Positions 38,505-50,486 of a DNA stretch of 64,000 nt are shown piece by piece; position 1 is the first letter of the stretch; each line of letters starts with the position of its first letter. Made by a program: the position numbers and the translations under genes. The notes beneath the pieces are model-generated. The model was not told the DNA's origin and made no database searches. It was given only the letters and a program-made list of their open reading frames with translations. Source of the stretch: Lingula anatina (taxonomy: Eukaryota > Animalia > Brachiopoda); contig CM120646.1 in assembly GCA_051362555.1 (NCBI GenBank), positions 15,500,001 to 15,564,000 on the forward strand, read 5' to 3'.

Positions 38505-41500
38505 ATGGTGAAGGGAACTGATGGTGAGTAAGTTTTAGAGTTATTTTTACGCGAAAATATTTTTCCACCTTGGTTTTTCTTCCCTATAGCAAACCCTGCA
38601 ATGTAAATAACAAGTTTTCTATCCTTTTTAGTTTTCTTTTTGCTAATTACTCAATATGTTTAATACATTTGAGTCGTCACTGGGGAATATTAGGACTGGC
38701 TCCAGTACTTTACCAAACTACATATAACGTTTTTGCCTTATTTACGTGCCCTATAGCCAGTTGTTCTATTGTCAAAGCCAACACTGGTCATGCGCTATTG
38801 AAAGTGTGGAAAACATTTACTGTACTCCATCGAAACCGGGCTTTACCACTTTTATTCTGATATACCGGTAATCAACACTGCCCTCTTGAAAGTAACCAAT
38901 TAAACCCATTGAAATCTTATTCTGTTTTAACGAACGGGACAACTGCTTGTCATTTTCGGCACTTTGAATGGCGCATAAACTATCTTTGAATTGCGAAGGA
39001 TTTGATTTGACTTTGTTTGAAATAATGTCATTAGAATTTCTCTATTTGACACTGATTAATCGACCGTGGGACCTTTTAAAAGTAAAATAAGTAATGGCCC
39101 ACCGCTGATAAAATCCGGTGTAAGATTCTACCAAAATAGAAACTTGTATTTTTAAGAGGCCTCTTTAACAAAAAAACTTTAACCATAAATTGGTCTTACT
39201 TTTAGATCCAAATTTTAGTATTCTTTGGCCTATGAAAATCAATAGTAATTTGATTCAATGAAATATTGTTCTTAGTATTTCTTAGTATTATGGAAACAGA
39301 TATAATTTGTGAGTTGGTGTAAAGAGTATTTATTATTTTTTACACTTCCACTGTAGTCGTCGCAAGTAAACTATATGGGCTTCTATGCACTTTCCTCGCC
39401 GCTCACATATTTCATTTAGTCCAAGCTAGTCCGACAACTAACATCACTTTCCTCCTCAAATTCTGTCAATAAATCTCTAGATAACCACTTTGAAAATATC
39501 ACTCCTTTTCGACTATGAATCTCCAAAAGCTCTAACGTGCAGTTTCTCGTATCTTACGCCGCATTGAAAATAGTTCGGGGTTGAGGTTAAAAAACCATGT
39601 GCTTTCAGCTAGAGACCCGGATGAAAGCTGGCCAAATAGGTCCTGCTTTATGATGCTCTGTTCGTGGCTCCTAAATTCAAGCCAGTGCAATGAAATCGTG
39701 TTTAGAGACGTGGGCATTCGTGCTCATAAATCTGAGACTCCTGATTATCGTATATGAGGCCTGCAGCTTTCTTATAATTGTATGTCACGACCCTCGTGCA
39801 ACCGTAGCTTACATGCACTTCAGTTGTTCATTTGTTTAAGATGAATATCTTTAGGAATGAGAAAACTCCTGTCAATATGTGTTTATTACATATGCTTGAT
39901 GTATGAGGTGAGCCTTATGCTTAACGTCTAATTACTTTTTCTTTTTCTTAATTTTACTTTATTTTCTATGCTATTGTTTATTTTTTGTCCCTTTCAAGTT
40001 GGATTCTAAGGCCTAATTATAACACTAACTGAACGACATTAGCCCAGAGCCAGAGAAACTAAAAGCTGCGTTTCATAAATAATCTAAAGACCCACTAACC
40101 TCAAGTTTTTTTTTTTTAAACGAAAACCTTTAAGCAAATTGCGATTGTCTTTGCAGTTGCTAAGGTAGGCCTATTTTAACATATTAGGTCCTATTCATTC
40201 AGAGAGAACCAATTGTCCACCTACCCGGTACCATGCATCATGTCGTGATCTATATTGGTGACTGGGATTAAGTATTTTCATGATTTCGTTGAGAAAAAAG
40301 TTACTGAAATTGAATGTGCAGATATTACTGATCATACTTATTTTTCTGTTCTTTCGTTGGAGACTGGAGTTTATATCAAACAGCAAAATTAACGTCATCC
40401 ATGCTTGAGGTCTTCTCTTCTAAACTGAACGTTGAATGTTGGACTTTCACCATTTATAAATCTTTGTGAAGATATCAGTTACAGCTGGAACAGTTCCTAT
40501 GCCATTTGCAATTAATTTGTTCACAAATGAGTTTTAAGAAGGCGGTTATTAGACCATTTATAAAGAATTCATACATGTATTTCGATTGTAGTATTCTAAA
40601 AGAAACAATGATTATTATGACCTCCGCCAAGGAAGTTTCGTTTTAGGTTTTGTTTGTCTGTCTGTTTGTCTAATCAACATTTCGGAAAAAATTGTAGATG
40701 AATTTTGGTGAAATTTTAAAAAAACAGTCGGGAGGGTAACCAGTAACGTTTAATAAGGGTAGGTCAGAAATGGGCTACCCTAGAATTAATACGATTTTGA
40801 TGGTGATCCTTTAATTATATAATGGATTAATTATGAAATTTGGACTTATTAATTAGTTAAATCATAAATGATTCATAATAAATCATACCCCATTCTTCTA
40901 GTGCGATGATTTTCATCGAATCTTTCTTGATATATTTCTGACGTTCACACTTTCATTTTTTGTACAGGTGCCCGCTTCTTAACCCGTACGCTGCTGCTCA
41001 TCACGTGCACGGTCGGTCTCATCGCAAGGACCGCTGAGACGTTTCTGTACACCCACACAAAAGACAATGACTACATTCGCGTTGGGAGACGAGGACGGAT
41101 GACACGTCAGCTGAATGTGATTCAAGACCTAATCTTACTACGTGAAAAAGAACTCAAAAAGAACCAACAAGCATTGGGCGTTCCAGTGCCTTTAGAATTT
41201 CCTTTAGAAATTGGTGATTCGTTCAATAAATGGGTCTTAGAACCAAGGCAATCCTCCCTTGCAGGTAATTTCGTCTGAATGGCTTAATGAAGAGTGAATA
41301 GATGGGCCAAATATACATAAATAGTTGATTATACAATTAAGTGGTACATATACTGTATATCACATAGCACAAAGGAGAAACGTCCATAATGACCCGTCTT
41401 CATTTCAAAAAGACAGAGTATTTGGTAGATAAGGTTCCATACAGCTGCAGTGTATTGAGAGATCACTCAATAGCTTTAAGGCTAGTCGCGGCTACAAGAG

Positions 41501-42119
41501 AGCGACCTTGCTATATTCTGGTCTAATAGGTCTAAGACCACTGGCCAAAAATAAAAGAAACTAGAAAAGCACTCAGGTAGCAAGGTAGCAAAGTCTCCAT
41601 CCAATGCCGTTTCACCCCTAAATTTTCATTCTATAATGATTTAGCTTTTTGATTTTTGATTATTGATTATTGATTGATTATTGATCCGGATCACCACCAA
41701 AAGCTAATCATCTGTTCCTTGGCCCACTTCTGACAGTTCCTGAAAATTTCATCAAAATCGGTCCATAACTTTTTGAGTTATGTTGATGACAAACAAACAA
41801 ACAAACAAACAAACAAACAAACAGGGGTGAAAACATAACCTCCTTGGCGGAGGTAATAATTAGATGAATGATAGTCACTACAATCACATTTTGCTTTCTC
41901 GAAGGCCTCAGTTATATTATAATTTATTTCATAAAATTCCATTTAACTAAACTTTCCTTTTGTTGTTTTGATATCGCAAAAGTCCCACCCATAATAATGG
42001 CAATTTTCCTTGATTATTTAGCAAGACTTCACCGTTCAGAAAGTGACGAAGAATTTCCATCGGAAGACTTCTTGGAGGACGAGGAGATGGGCGCACAGAG
42101 TGAGGGCCATTATCCCTGA
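38505..42119 (+). CDS. Pleurin/PRXamide-like neuropeptide precursor A (about 137 aa; predicted peptide FLYTHTKDNDYIRV-NH2)
   Basis: Exons 38505-38523, 40968-41264 and 42022-42119 join in frame through two phase-1 GT-AG introns: MVKGTDGARFLTRTLLLITCTVGLIARTAET-FLYTHTKDNDYIRV-GRR-GRMTRQLNVIQDLILLREKELKK...SSLAARLHRSESDEEFPSEDFLEDEEMGAQSEGHYP*. AATAAA at about 42315 and 42412. An in-frame upstream ATG (38448) is also possible. Confidence 0.8.
40617..40810 (-). mobile_element. Diverged Helentron-associated (HINE-like) repeat copy
   Basis: cctccgccaaggaagtt...gtttgtctgtctgtttgt...ttttgatggtgatcc; reverse-complement relative of 41560-41857. A third remnant lies at about 14490-14650. Confidence 0.6.
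41559..41857 (+). mobile_element. Helentron-associated (HINE-like) non-autonomous element
   Basis: Starts aactagaaaagcactcag, has an internal (AAAC)n microsatellite, and ends in the palindrome acctccttggcggaggt. The class assignment is inferred from this architecture. Confidence 0.65.
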
Positions 42120-44335
42120 CGGAGGTTGCTTCACGTCTTCTGAAAAAATACTCCAAAATTCCAAAACATGGGAGAATGGCTGAAAAATAGTTCAAGAGAA
42201 TCACGTTCTAAAACATTGCAGAAGGATGGTCGGGTTTTCAAAAGCACCAGCCAGAACATGCGAAATGTCGTGCAGAGACATGAAATTCTGCCGTTTCGGT
42301 TATCATGTGAAATGAATAAACAGCTTAGCACTAGATACTACATGTATATTGCATAACTTGCGCTAAGGACGTCAAATATAAAGAGCAATGCGAATGAGAC
42401 TTCCTGTTTTCAATAAAGGACGTTTTATTTTGGTTTACTGGCTCGTACAACAAACAAGAATTACATAGTTTACAATTCAATTCTTACAATTCAAATTGTT
42501 TCATCACAGAGGTTTACATTTACAATAAATCGTTGCTGGTTTTAGAAGAGAAACTTAGACCATCTTTTCAACACAAAATATTTTTAAAGCATTGGTCTAA
42601 TCTTAAAATCCAAAATTCTGCTTTGACCCCAAATAATTCAGAAGTGGTCCAGACTTATGCGTCAGATCGATACTTACTTTAGATAAGTGAATTACTATGA
42701 ATTTATCATGCAATGAAGCAGACACCATTTTGGCCTAAAAGTTTAGAGCGATGCCCTGCCTTAAGTACACGTGTGGAAGCGAACAGCAGCATTAGTTGGG
42801 TTTTTCTTCCAAGTGGGATAAGACCTACTTTCTTTCAAAGAGACAATTAAGAACGACATAAAGAGAAGGGGAGCATTTGCCTGCTAATATTACTTATTAT
42901 CACATTCGCTGATGCCTTAAAATCGGCAGCACGTCTGTCCATAAAAACGTGACAATAAAATTGCATGACTCACTCGTTTGAAGGCGTCTTTTGCGTGTCG
43001 CAGAATTGCCAAGTGCTTTCAAAATACTTAAGGGCTCTCTTCTGTATATATTATTTCATCTCTTAGCTGATCAATAAAAGTGAAATCAATATGATATCAA
43101 GAAAATGTTTCAAAAAGCCAATCAATTTCGCCAAAAGCAGCCTGAAAAAAAAAAAAAAAAAGAACGCCAAGAAGCGATATGATAAGTTTTGATAACTATT
43201 CCCATTGTCCCCAAATTTTCGTTGGTTTACAAGCCTATTTATTTATTTATTTATTTATTTTTTTTTTTTTTTGGGGGGGGGGGGATGGAGGGTGGCAAAG
43301 CATATAGTTTATTTAACGATTCTTCATCTAGTCATACAACACACTAATGTCTTTATAATATTTTAGCCTTCTCCGGTAGCAATGTCAGCTCGCAACGTTT
43401 GTGTTACATGTATACACGACACAGGGCCACGATACAAAACACCGCGCCATTTCCTTGTGTTATAAAATGAAATCTAGGCCATGATCAGTGAAGGCCAGGA
43501 ATGCATATGTCGTTCCAAAACGCCTGGCCAGTCATTTGTTATTAAATTGTTTTAATAATTCAAAAATTAATAAAAAAAATGGAATCCAAAGGCAGAGACA
43601 GGTCGGGCAATGATCCGTGCGTAATTGAGTTTCCATATTATGGCGAGTAAATACCGTTGTAACGAAACTGAAGTTCCGTGTAACAGAAAGTCCGCCCTCC
43701 ATTTAGTTACAATGGTTAGGGTTAGCCTGGCCTATGTGGGTCAAAATCTTGGGCGATGTTTGCCTGTATAAATGAATGGGAAGCGGACTCTCTATCATGG
43801 GGGGACTCTCTGTCACATTACACAGTAAATAGTACCTTTAACGTAGGCTATGTTGAGTTGCTAATGATACCCTAATAAATTACAAAGTGGCACATGTTCA
43901 GTAAGCTTTTAAAAGTTGGATTTAAAGGTTATTGCCCCAGTTTGATATTTATTTATTTACTTAATTGAATGAAAGATAAACCGATTCAAGTGACTCAAAG
44001 CTAAAGGAAAATTAAAGGGATAACAACAACTCTGCGTAAGAGATCCATATTGCACAATAAATACTTTGTAAACAACTCATAGAGATATAAAAAAAAATTA
44101 TTCTAGAATCTGACACAGACTGTGCTTGTCATCGGACCACGTGACGCCCATTGATGTCTACCTTCAGTAATAATATCTTAAGAGATTATTTTTTAAAAAC
44201 ACATTTTGGAAAAAACAAGGACTAACTTAAGTATGGGAAAATTGTCGTTGATCCCAGGAAATCCATTTTTGGCCAAAATGAACAGTTGTTATCCCTTTAA
44301 GATGTAAGTGATTGATAAACGTTTGGGTACGGTAC

Positions 44336-44695
44336 CTGTAATGGCCACTTGAAGAGGGCCGACTTTTTGCCTTATCTTTAATATATTAAATGCTACGAAT
44401 GAGACATTTGACTACAATTGATTCCGTAAGAACCCAGTTTATCTGGACAGCTAATACTGTTCCACCTGTCTTCAAACAGAGCCATTTCGCCATACAGTCG
44501 AGTCGCACCTACTGCAATATTGCTGTCGCAATAAAAAGCATTTAAAACGCCACCTGTCGGTAACAGTCTCAACGGGTTCGGCAGTAATTGATTGCGTTTC
44601 GTTCATCATTACGCGCACCAGTGATAATCCTAGTCCGAAGCAAAAGCAGAGAATGAGACGAAAGTAAAAATAACGAACAGAACAAATGACCTCAT
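44336..44695 (-). pseudogene. Possible decayed gene for a small secreted Cys-rich protein
   Basis: Acceptor ctacag, then MRSFVLFVIFTFVSFSAFASD* (signal-peptide-like, immediate stop); broken Cys-rich fragments downstream (FYCDSN, CSRCDS, SCPDKLGSYGINCSQ); candidate donor ACAG|gtacc at 44336. Confidence 0.3.
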
Positions 44696-45130
44696 CGTGC
44701 TTTGCTGTAGAGTATAGAACGCATTTTCATTTGGGTATCCAAAAGGAACGCCTGCCTGCCGCGTGTGACGTGTATAATTTATCATGTCATATTGAATTCC
44801 ACAATATTTTCTAGACAGGACAACAGATGTACTTCCGGTAGCTTTTCTATCACTTACGTGCATGCCCATGGTCATTTTACTCTCCTTGGTATATTGTCGT
44901 ACGTGGCTAGACACAGCACACTGAATTGCATTACTGCGGCATGGTCGCGTTGAAGCAACACAGGGTGTTGGCTGTATCTAAAACGTTACATTTGAAGGAC
45001 TTACTTTTTTAAATGGGAATGGAGCACGCGTTATAGGTATGTCTTTATACCCGACATTTAAATGTGAATAATTAAAAATAAGCCCTAGCCATGAGACCAC
45101 AACACTGGAGGATACTGACTGTGTGTGTGT

Positions 45131-45178
<48 letters not shown>

Positions 45179-46199
45179 GTAAATGTGAAGAATTATAGGG
45201 AATGTGTCAAAAAAAAGGAACCGCTTGAACTATTGTTAACGTAGCATAAATACCACATTGTGTGAAGCACGCTAATGTTTACATGCTAAGATGGGAATGC
45301 TGTTGGGTTTGAAACGGTAAACTTTCTAACAGAAGAATGAAATTGATAGACTTCAATTGTTTGAGACGCTGATTAAAATGTTTGTGTGCTAAGTAGTCAA
45401 TACCTGTCTCTGTATATCGTGTAACACACAGACTGTGCTGTGTAAACATGAACTAATGAACAAATAGGCTATATACTCCTGGGGTTTATTTTTATTCTCC
45501 CCATGCCCACATTATTCTTACTGTGGAAGGGAATCGTGACTTACATTCCATTGGGTTTCGTTCATATACAAGGTTTCTTTATGTTTGCTTTTTTAAACCA
45601 TGTTCAAAACTGAGTCCAATTACTGCGTATCACAGCAAGCAAGTTCTCAATTGTGGCCTATGCAGCGAGAGAACTTCTATTTTAAGAATATAACCGCCAG
45701 GACCAGTTTAAGAATACACTCAAGTCATCTATATACTCCCTTACCAAACAGTGTCATCCCTACTGCATTTATGTACATAGCTAGCAAGGCAACAATAAAT
45801 TTAATTTTACTATAACTTAAAAAGTAGGCCATCGATCATCGTGTAAATTGGGTATAAGTAGTAGATCATTGACCAAACTACCTTGACAATTGAAATATCT
45901 CAACTCCAATTACATTTTAATACTCTGTTTTTAAGTGATATGAATACATTTTTGACCATGCGGTTGACATAGGAGGGAGTTTCGGCCCGCCCAATTGCCA
46001 GAAGGTTTAGTTTCCGTGAGAACCATTCAGAGGGTTAGACAACATCATAACCAAACGGACACAGGGGGCAAGATTGCCCAGGTAAGACCAACCGAAGTAA
46101 GCCACACCCAGAGAAGAGAGAATACTAACACACTTTCCTTGCTAAAAGGTTTCTAGTTATTGATTAACTTGACTGCAATATTTAACAAGAATGGGGCAA

Positions 46200-46935
46200 A
46201 ATGTTGTTTCTAAGTTTACCGTCAGTTGATGTTATTTTGGCAGGGTTGCTGTTAGGAGACCAGTGATCACCGACAGTAACTGTCTACGACGAGTCAGATT
46301 GTGTACCAGATATCTTGCATGGACACCAGCCAACAACTGGACAATGATACTGTTCTCAGATGACAGCAGGTTAAGCGTTGTCAGAAGTGATGGACTCGTA
46401 AGGGCTTGGAGAGCAGCTGGTAACAATCATCTTCCCAATTTTTCTGACTCTGGTTGACAGCCCGCACCTCAAATGAGTCATAATATGGGGTGTATATATG
46501 TCTATTATAGCGTGAGCTGGTGGTGGTCAACGGGGACCTTAAAACAGAACAATGCATTCAAGTACTGGAAAGGAACTTTATGAATTCTGTCGAGCATGTC
46601 TTATGAAGCTATGGCCACGCTTTTATGATTCAGCGTGATAATGCTACTCCACCAAGAGAAAATTGCAACAGTAGGCTGGTTATATGCGATCCAGATACAG
46701 ACCCCCCCCCCCCGCCACCCCCCCCCCCCCCACCCCCCACCCCCACCCCCAATGGGCAGCGCAATCTCTGCATCAGAACCCCATTGGCAATGTGTGGGAT
46801 ATACAAGTACAACTGCAAATTCCCCCCAAAATTTATTTCATACTATATTTGCACAAACGTTACAGAATATTTTGACTCCAGTCACAGATACATCAGGTGT
46901 GTCCTCCAATCCAAAGGGTACTGTGCAAAATACTA
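46200..46935 (+). mobile_element. Degenerate Tc1-like transposase remnant
   Basis: Fragments WTMILFSDDSRLSV..SDGLVRAWR, IQRDNA and LHQNPIGNVWD (SPDLNPIENVW-like), with frameshifts and a poly-C insertion. Confidence 0.75.
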
Positions 46936-48049
46936 AATCGTGATCTGGTTTTAGCTTATTCATTGGTCGTACAAGCAGTAAAAGTTTGTGTAAAAATCCT
47001 TCTACAAGCAAAATGCATTGGTTTATGACTTGATCTTCTATGTTATTTTACGCATTGCATTAGGGAAGACACTTGTTTGGTAATGGACTATATAACTAAA
47101 CATTAATTCTACTAAAAATGAAAACACGTTTCCCTTTATTGCCAAAACATACCAAATACAAAACCGTAGACAGATTAAAAATCATTCCTTTGTTCTGAGT
47201 TAAAAATTTCTACTGTTTCAGTCACTTTCCCAATAGAGACTGACACTAATGAATTTCAATCCTAATGGTAAGTATATAGAACACGGAGGGAGTTTCGGTC
47301 CGCCCAATTGCCAGAAGGTTCAAAATTTTTCTGTTCAAATATCCAGGGAAATTAATCTGTACTACATATTTCTTGTATATATGTGTACTGCGCTTTGTTT
47401 GTCATGATGCATGATACATTCCCTTTGGTTTATACAGAACGAATGGGTATAGAAATGTCTAAAATATGTCTTTGACTGGGGCCATATGGTGACAATTAAA
47501 TTCAAAAAGACATTTAAATGTTAGTGGTACGATTATACCAGTTTACTTTTAGAAAGGACTTTACTTCCAGTCAGAAGTTCACTTTATGTAGTTAATTTGA
47601 ATCATTGACAAACCTCAAATGTGGTGGTTCCGTTTACGTGACTCTTTTCTCGTAACAACCAGACTATTATGTCATCAGTCTCTCAAACAATACTAACTAT
47701 ATCACTAAAATAAACCGCTCGGCGTGAAAGGTCTTCAGTGTAACCGTTTAGCATTTCGTGCACTACCGTCTATCTAGGAAGTTATCGTGCATAAAGATAA
47801 GGTCAAATTTCTTAATCTGTTATTGCTTTAGTTCAGGTAAACACATTTGGCAACAGCAACCTAAATTGATTTTTCTATTTATAAACAACTTGTTATCTTG
47901 AAAATAACTAAAAACTCGACGCAAACCTCCGTCACAATCCAAATGCTCACGTATGTTAAACGTAGATGGAAAAATGTTTTTGTCCCAACGTCGATGCTTT
48001 ACATCGTCACTACGTTCATGCCCCTGCACAAAACGGAGCGGTTTTGAAG

Positions 48050-50486
48050 TTACTGTGACTTCTGGTATGACAACAGACTTCTCCTCCGACGTAGCCACGC
48101 ATCGCTTAATCTGCTGGCGTCACTATAGGATACTGAAATGAAAAACCTTCACTGAGTGAACGGCTCAATGGAAGTTCGACAGAAGGGATGCCATATTTTC
48201 CTTCACTTTAGTCTTAGATGGCAAGGATGAACGAATATTTGGTTCATATTACAAGACTGAGGTTACGTGGCTTAAATATATGTCGATGTTGCTAATTGAG
48301 CAAACTTTACAGACTTTATAATTTAAGTAGAGCACTTTTAAGAACTTGAAGACAAAACATGAATTATTAATATCTTTCTGCCCGTAGCCAACTGAGTGAT
48401 AAAAGATGTTTCTAGAACCCTATATATAGACTTGACATTTAATATGGAATATTTCAGTTTCAAAGGTATCCCTAGGTAAAAATGCGTTCTTTTTTCATAA
48501 AACTTAGATCTCATATAAGACATCTGACTGAAGAAGTGTGAAGTCAGTTGTGTCGCTACCAATTAAGTGACTTCCAAGTCTGTTGCACTGCTGCATTGTG
48601 TAATATGCAGTAATTTAATGGGGTAGTGCTCCTTTGGCCTGGTCAAAGCTTGGCTTTGGGGAAGCATGGTTCTGTCAAAAGAGTATCCATATGTCGGCAA
48701 CTACTGCATAGAAGAATTTGAAATTTTGCCTACAAGTGGTCGGTTTTGCAGTGCGTAAAATGAGTTAAAAAATGTTTTACAAAATTGTTAATCTGTGGCA
48801 GAATGGCGCGAAAAAGGCAGACATTGCCAGACAGATTATTGCGCCAAACGGAACGGCCCGGACAGTTTTATAGAGGAATGCCCAGACTGATGTACCTACA
48901 CGGAGACCACGCCCAATGTATTGGCATCTTACCAACAGGGCACAGGACTCACTGTCCTGCAGGATATGCTGCTACAACTAAACAAACACACCCAGTCCGT
49001 TCAGAATGAGAGGCAAATTGTGACCAAAACGTATTTTTTAAGGCTCTGAGCGAATACCAAACTGGTTTTTAGCATGTTAAAATACCAAACGACCTCTGAG
49101 GAAGCCACTGTAAACAGCAAAACAACGTCTTCAGTTTCTCTAATGAATTGAAGACCATGACCGTTTTTGGGTAGAACACTGAAACCGCGTTGCTTTCTTT
49201 ATTGAGGTCCTATTTCACCTGTTTCGCTTAACTGGTCAAAACAGAGTTTACAGACAACCTGAAGTGGCCTACGACAAGGCGTGTGCCACTTCTGAAGTGA
49301 CTAGGGTCATTGGCAGCGTCAGTATTTGGAGTGGATACCACATTGGTGCCAAAACACCAATGGTAGTCATTCATGAAAACCTAAACCAGATGAAATGAAG
49401 GAATAATCTGGGAACCATTTGACTATCATTAGATAGGGGGCACCTTAGGAACAATTTTAGGTTGCACGATGAGATTGCCCGTTCACACAGAGCACTTTTA
49501 ATAGCAGATTACTTACAGAGCCAAGGGATTGAGCAGATGCATTGGTCATCAAAATCGCCATATTTGAACCACATAGACAATACGTGGGTAGGTTATTACT
49601 CGCCGAATCAACGGCCTGCATGTCGTACAACAAAACTGAACCAAATCGGACAGGTTTTGACCGTTGCCTGGAATTTTTTTCCAGATTAAACTCTAAAAAC
49701 CTACCATAAGGAATGCCTTGTCGCTTGAAAGCTCTGGTAGCATCCAGACGACGTCAGATGTAAGAGCGACCGTTGCTGTGACAAGACACTGACATGAGGG
49801 TCCTTTGTGGGGCGTATAACTCTTTTAAAGACGATAATTTGGAAAATATGGAGATCCAAAATATCGCTTTCAATGGTTGTCGTATGACTTAAAATAGGCA
49901 TCTTTGTTTGCTTCCCTGGGGAATTCAATTAATGAGCTGATGTCAAAATGACATCAAATAGATAAATTAAAGTTATTAAAACATGATTTTAATCCGTATT
50001 TTCATTTATCAGTCAGTAAAATAGGAAAAAACCTTTGAAAATAATTTGGAAAAAAATATTCCATATTAAATGTCAAGTCTGTATTTGTTATGATTTGAAT
50101 TAAATTTGACATCATAGTGCCAATATTATTAAAACCATACAAATTTCCAAATTCAAATTTCAAATATCTATTTTACGAAAAATATATATATGCCGAGGGG
50201 GTCATTCATTCAGCTTACCCATTGGAACGCTCAGTCTTTGAAGCAGTGCCTCTATGTTTTTGTTGGCAAATATAACATCGGAGCTGCCGGGAAGCTGTAT
50301 ATTAGAATTCACCAGCCCTTTGTTTTCGAAATCAAAATGAGCTTTCGTTGAAACAATTTGGTTCCGTCTTCCTATGCGCGGATAATCATGTTCTTTGCTA
50401 TCTGTGAAGTAAAAGCAGTAGGTCCCTTGGAGTGCAGACAAAAGGACGCACGCAAGTCCAACGTAACAGGTGAATTTGAGAATCAT
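48050..50486 (-). CDS. Pleurin/PRXamide-like neuropeptide precursor B (about 116 aa; predicted peptide FYFTDSKEHDYPRI-NH2)
   Basis: Exon 50491-50219 (acceptor tcctttcag, ATG at 50486, donor G|gtaagc) and exon 48132-48050 join in phase 1: MILKFTCYVGLACVLLSALQGTYC-FYFTDSKEHDYPRI-GRR-NQIVSTKAHFDFENK...LSVPMVSYSDASRLSDAWLRRRRSLLSYQKSQ*. The upstream first exon was not located. Confidence 0.85.
48790..49800 (+). mobile_element. Degenerate Tc1-like transposase remnant in the intron of precursor B
   Basis: HDEIARSHRALLIADYLQSQGIEQMHWSSKSPYLNHIDNTW resembles Tc1 QDNARPH...WP..SPDLNPIE..W; many stops. Confidence 0.75.

Noticed and set aside
46625-46943. Poly-Pro/poly-Gly ORFs
   Set aside because: They are produced by a poly-C tract inserted in a decayed Tc1 transposase, not by a real gene.
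47820-48098. 92-aa minus-strand ORF (MATSEEK...) as a separate gene
   Set aside because: It overlaps the last exon and 3' UTR of precursor B in another frame, starts at a non-ATG codon and has no recognisable motif.
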